Part shown: positions 42,699 through 45,850 of the stretch, piece after piece | Layout of the letters: every line of letters starts with the position of its first letter | How positions within the stretch are numbered: the first letter of the stretch is position 1 | Assembly: GCA_947624135.1 (NCBI GenBank) | Contig: CANQIV010000002.1 | Span: forward strand, 1 to 45,850 | Reading direction: 5' to 3' | Length of the DNA stretch: 45,850 nt | Origin: an uncultured Bacilli bacterium | GTDB taxonomy: Bacteria; Bacillota_I; Bacilli_A; RF39; UBA660 | Translations under genes and position numbers: made by a program | The notes under the pieces: model-generated | The model's input: only the letters and a program-made list of their open reading frames with translations | Database searches by the model: none | Told to the model about the DNA's origin: nothing

Positions 42699-44263
42699 AT
42701 TTCACCTTTTAGTATATATTCTTTTGTTTTTGATCTTATATTAAATACAATTTTAATTTCACTAGCGTTATAAATATCAGAATTTATTCCTATATATATA
42801 TTATCTTTATCATTAGATTTATTACTTTTTATTTCTTCAAAATCACTATTTTGGCTATACCAATTATCACCTATTTTATATTTTATCTCACCAAATTTAG
42901 ATAACAAACTATAAAAAGAATTCATATTTAATTTATCGGTTCCATCGTATTTTATTTTTAATCTAAGAACATATTTATCAAAATCAGTATTCAATGTTCC
43001 TTTTAAATATTCTTTAGATAAAACACAATCATCTTTTTTTATACAATAATTATATTCTACTAAAAATCTATCTCTTATTTCATATTCATCTATTGTAAAC
43101 TTAATATCTTGCAATTCTTCTAGTGTAAGTTCTTCTCCTATATTAAATGTATTTGTTTCTCCTTTTGTTTCTATTTTTTCGGGTGTAAGTTTTATATCAA
43201 AGTTTTGTCCTTGATTAGAATATCTAAAAAACATTTTTTTATCTATATAATTACTTGGTATTTCAAAGACAAATAAGTAATCTTTAAGTTCATTAGATAA
43301 ATCTTGATTTTTATATACGCTTCCTAAATCAAGTAAGTATTGATTATAATTATCTAAAGGCTTAAATATTAAGTTATTTATTATAAGTGAAAAATCTTTT
43401 ATATATAAATCATGTGGATAAATAGCTTTTAATCTAGTATCTACAACTAATAAATAGTTGTCAGTAATTTTATTGCCTTTAAAATCTGTATTTACAATCA
43501 TACTTTTATTTACTTGATAATTAAAACCATTTACTTGATACATTACGTTTTCTTTATTTACTCTATTTTTTTTAACTGTTAAAAATATAGTTGTAACAAT
43601 TATTATTATAGAAAGTAAGCCTATTAAACAATTGTAAATAAATTTATTTTCATAATATATATATTTTAGTTGTCTTATTATATTTTTTCTTTTTCTTCTT
43701 GATTCATCAAAATCTACATTTATATTTAATTCAAATTCTTCTCTATCACTTTCTGTTATATTTATATCTGATATGTCAGAATCAAAATCAAATTTTTTTA
43801 TGTTAATTCCAATACCACGTATTATAAGTATTATTACTATTATTATTTCTATTATTACATTTATCATTACGATATCATGTATTAATTTAGCCGCTTTTAT
43901 TGTTACTATGTTTTTTTCAAGTATTTTCAAAAAATTAAATGTATAAATATTTATTACTATGACTGCTAAAAGTGAGAATGTTGATACTACATAAAACGCA
44001 GAAGGTTTCTTTTTTCTTATCATTATTCCTAAAATTATTATAAATAGTATTATTAATATGACAGGAATTATTATTAATAAGTTATTACCAAATGTATTTA
44101 CTAAATTCATTCCAATTGTATTTAAATTTGTATTTATGTATTCATTTAAAAATGATAATATCCTATTTTGAAGCACTAATAAGATTATTGTTAAAAATGC
44201 CATTAATAAATGAAGCGGTTTAAATACTTTTATAAAAAATGCATATGGTTTTCTAAGTATCAT
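42695..44263 (-). CDS. Polytopic membrane protein with a large C-terminal extracytoplasmic domain, unknown function
   Basis: 522 aa. About 4 TM segments occupy the first 160 aa, followed by a charged linker, a further TM and a ~290-aa beta-rich-looking domain. SD is AGGAGA. It is the first gene of the locus. Confidence 0.65.
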   Translation of the reverse strand: MILRKPYAFFIKVFKPLHLLMAFLTIILLVLQNRILSFLNEYINTNLNTIGMNLVNTFGNNLLIIIPVILIILFIIILGIMIRKKKPSAFYVVSTFSLLAVIVINIYTFNFLKILEKNIVTIKAAKLIHDIVMINVIIEIIIVIILIIRGIGINIKKFDFDSDISDINITESDREEFELNINVDFDESRRKRKNIIRQLKYIYYENKFIYNCLIGLLSIIIIVTTIFLTVKKNRVNKENVMYQVNGFNYQVNKSMIVNTDFKGNKITDNYLLVVDTRLKAIYPHDLYIKDFSLIINNLIFKPLDNYNQYLLDLGSVYKNQDLSNELKDYLFVFEIPSNYIDKKMFFRYSNQGQNFDIKLTPEKIETKGETNTFNIGEELTLEELQDIKFTIDEYEIRDRFLVEYNYCIKKDDCVLSKEYLKGTLNTDFDKYVLRLKIKYDGTDKLNMNSFYSLLSKFGEIKYKIGDNWYSQNSDFEEIKSNKSNDKDNIYIGINSDIYNASEIKIVFNIRSKTKEYILKGEI

Positions 44264-44313
44264 ATTACTATCTCCTATTCTTTTTTATTATACATTAAAT
44301 TGAAAAAAAAAGA

Positions 44314-44342
44314 TAGACAATTTTTGTTTAATCAATTATAAT
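44314..44342 (+). promoter_or_regulatory. Sigma-A-like promoter for scpA-scpB
   Basis: TAGACA (44314-44319), a 17-nt spacer, then TATAAT (44337-44342). Confidence 0.5.
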
Positions 44343-44361
44343 ATTTTTTGGAGTGATACTG

Positions 44362-45075
44362 ATGTATGAAATAAATATTCCTGAATTTGAGGGGCCACTT
44401 GATTTGTTGCTTCATCTAATAAAAAAAGATAATATAAGTATTAACGACATTAGTATTGAAAATATTACTAATCAATATTTAGCTTATTTAAATAAAATGG
44501 AAAATTTAAATTTAAACATTGCTAGTGAATACTTAGTTATGTCTGCGGAACTGATATATATTAAATCTTTGTCACTGCTTCCTAAAATGGAGAATGAAGA
44601 GGAAGAGGAAGATTTAAGAGAAAATTTAATAAATAGATTAGTTGAATATGAGCAATATAAAAATATTACTAGTACTTTTAAAAGGTTAGAAGAAACAAGA
44701 AAAGATGTATTTACTAAATCCCCTAGTAATTTACTAGAATATAAGGATGAAGAAAATAATATTGATTATGGTGTTGACTTAAATGATTTAATATGTGCTT
44801 TAAACAGTTTTCTAAATGAAAAAAAATTAGAAAAGCCATTAAAAACTAAAGTAACTAACAAGGAATATAGTGTTTCTAAAAGAAGCATCGAAATAAAAAA
44901 TATTTTAAAAGAAAAAAAGAAAGTAAATTTTGTAGATCTTTTTGATGTTTTTAGTAAAGAATATGTAGTTGTTACGTTCCTTTCAATATTATCTATGGCT
45001 AGAAATCAAGAAATAGATATTGAGCAAGAACAAAATTTTAAAAATATTATAATTAAAGAAAAAGGTGTGTTATGA
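44362..45075 (+). CDS. scpA: Segregation and condensation protein A
   Basis: The FEGPLDLLLHLI signature is present. ATG 44362 has GGAG 8 nt upstream. The track start is GTG 44353. Confidence 0.92.
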   Translation: MYEINIPEFEGPLDLLLHLIKKDNISINDISIENITNQYLAYLNKMENLNLNIASEYLVMSAELIYIKSLSLLPKMENEEEEEDLRENLINRLVEYEQYKNITSTFKRLEETRKDVFTKSPSNLLEYKDEENNIDYGVDLNDLICALNSFLNEKKLEKPLKTKVTNKEYSVSKRSIEIKNILKEKKKVNFVDLFDVFSKEYVVVTFLSILSMARNQEIDIEQEQNFKNIIIKEKGVL

Positions 45076-45641
45076 AAAACTTAAAAGCAATTATAGAAGG
45101 ATTATTATTTGTTAGTGGTGAGGATGGTCTTACTATAATAGAACTTTCTAGTATTATAAATGAAAGTGAAGAAGAAATTACAAAAGCTATTAAAGAATTA
45201 TATAATGATTATAATAGTGAAGATAGAGGAATTACTATAGAATATCTTGGTAATCATTATAAGTTAACTACAAAAGAGGAACATAAAGATTACTATAAAA
45301 AATTAGTATCAGAAGAAGAAAATTCTATTCTTTCTCAATCTGCTTTGGAGACTTTAGCAATCATTGCGTATAACTGTCCTATTACGAGAATTGATGTTGA
45401 TAATATAAGAGGAATTAATAGTAGTTACGCTATTAGGAAATTATTAATTAAGGGGCTTATAGAGGAAGCAGGAAGAGCTGATACTGCAGGCAGGCCTAGA
45501 CTTTATAAGGTTACTGACAAATTTTTAGATTATTTTGGATTGGGTAGTTTAGATGAATTACCTAAAATAGAAATGACGGAAGAAAATATTGATGATGAAA
45601 AAAATCTTTTTGATTCAAAATATGTTGAAATTGAAAAATAG
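45072..45641 (+). CDS. scpB: Segregation and condensation protein B
   Basis: Motifs IIEGLLFVSGEDGLT and ETLAIIAYNCPITRIDVDNIRG. There is an ATGA overlap with scpA. Confidence 0.92.
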   Translation: MKNLKAIIEGLLFVSGEDGLTIIELSSIINESEEEITKAIKELYNDYNSEDRGITIEYLGNHYKLTTKEEHKDYYKKLVSEEENSILSQSALETLAIIAYNCPITRIDVDNIRGINSSYAIRKLLIKGLIEEAGRADTAGRPRLYKVTDKFLDYFGLGSLDELPKIEMTEENIDDEKNLFDSKYVEIEK

Positions 45642-45658
45642 AAAGTTCTATTTTTTTT
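45636..45658 (+). terminator. Weak candidate terminator after scpB
   Basis: A short A/T-rich stem (ATAGA-AAGT-TCTAT) is followed by T8. The stem is marginal. Confidence 0.3.
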
Positions 45659-45746
45659 GTTGGTTACATTTTAAATAAATTTGGTATTTGTTTATAAAAT
45701 TATTTTAATAAAATTGCAAATTTTTATTTTACTTTTGTGAAATTAT

Positions 45747-45755
45747 TGTTATAAT
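45747..45755 (+). promoter_or_regulatory. Extended -10 element (TGtTATAAT) upstream of tRNA-Leu
   Basis: It ends 11 nt before the mature tRNA 5' end. Confidence 0.45.
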
Positions 45756-45766
45756 ATAGTAGTAAT

Positions 45767-45850
45767 GCCTGTGTGGTGAAATTGGTATACACGAAGCACT
45801 CAAAATGCTTTGACTTGTTCGTGTCGGTTCGAGTCCGACCACAGGCACCA
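45767..45850 (+). tRNA. tRNA-Leu (anticodon CAA), class II, genomically encoded CCA
   Basis: Acceptor stem GCCTGTG/CACAGGC. Anticodon stem AAGCA/TGCTT with loop CTCAAAA. T-arm GTCGG-TTCGAGT-CCGAC. A 12-nt variable region, discriminator A and CCA complete it. It ends exactly at the window edge. Confidence 0.85.

Noticed and set aside
44264-44352. Strand switch (all-minus to plus) as a possible replication origin
   Set aside because: There are no TTATCCACA-like DnaA boxes and no dnaA/dnaN context. The region is an ordinary 89-nt divergent promoter region.
20357-45850. Classical ICE integrated at the tRNA-Leu gene
   Set aside because: The core genes scpA and scpB lie between the locus and the tRNA. 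No integrase or relaxase was recognised, and I could not see a repeat of the tRNA 3' end. The tRNA is at the window edge, so downstream sequence is unknown.
1-45850. Alternative genetic code (TGA=Trp, Mollicutes-like), considered because of the extreme AT-richness and Mollicutes-like T4SS features
   Set aside because: Long ORFs close properly with TGA. Several ATGA stop/start couplings, and domain-complete proteins ending at TGA, fit code 11.
1-45850. CRISPR arrays, rRNA genes, IS elements or transposases
   Set aside because: No regularly spaced direct repeats with unique spacers were seen, nor rRNA-like conserved blocks. No ORF had DDE or recombinase features and no terminal inverted repeats were noticed.

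Overview
The window is very AT-rich (judged by eye, GC not computed) and looks like Bacillota chromosomal DNA read with the standard genetic code: TGA is used as a stop, including in several ATGA stop/start overlaps. Nearly every gene from 132 to 44263 is on the minus strand.

Left third (1-20.3 kb), housekeeping and sporulation-associated genes in Bacillus-like synteny blocks:
- CDF transporter, murC, pyruvate:ferredoxin oxidoreductase, an Est-type esterase and greA
- a yrrN/yrrO-like U32 pair
- pduL, gerQ and lemA
- yabP-yabQ-divIC, spoVG, smpB, rnr, rmuC and a rhodanese

Main feature (20357-44263), a tightly packed, co-oriented ~24-kb locus joining two modules:
- A complete Tad/Flp-type pilus module: TadE-like protein, CpaB, TadA, TadB, TadC, a Cys-rich pilin in its own promoter/terminator cassette, two pseudopilin paralogues and a TadZ-like protein with a degenerate P-loop.
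- A Gram-positive-type type IV secretion module: VirB6-like protein, TcpE/PrgI(VirB3)-like protein, VirB4 split into two coupled ORFs, a C39-like protein, a lipoprotein, an M23+lysozyme-like hydrolase, two small NTF2-like membrane proteins and a VirD4 coupling protein.
- The two modules are bridged by four paralogous small two-TM, cysteine-bearing proteins with VirB2-like topology. Two more paralogues, fused to large ectodomains, sit outside the locus inside housekeeping operons (9407-10714 and 16438-17493).

I could not recognise a relaxase, integrase, transposase or prepilin peptidase in the window. The locus is flanked by core genes (rmuC/rhodanese on one side, scpA-scpB and tRNA-Leu(CAA) on the other). 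I therefore read it as a chromosomally resident, possibly domesticated, hybrid Tad-T4SS apparatus of unknown function.

All family assignments come from motif recognition by eye. No database search was run.
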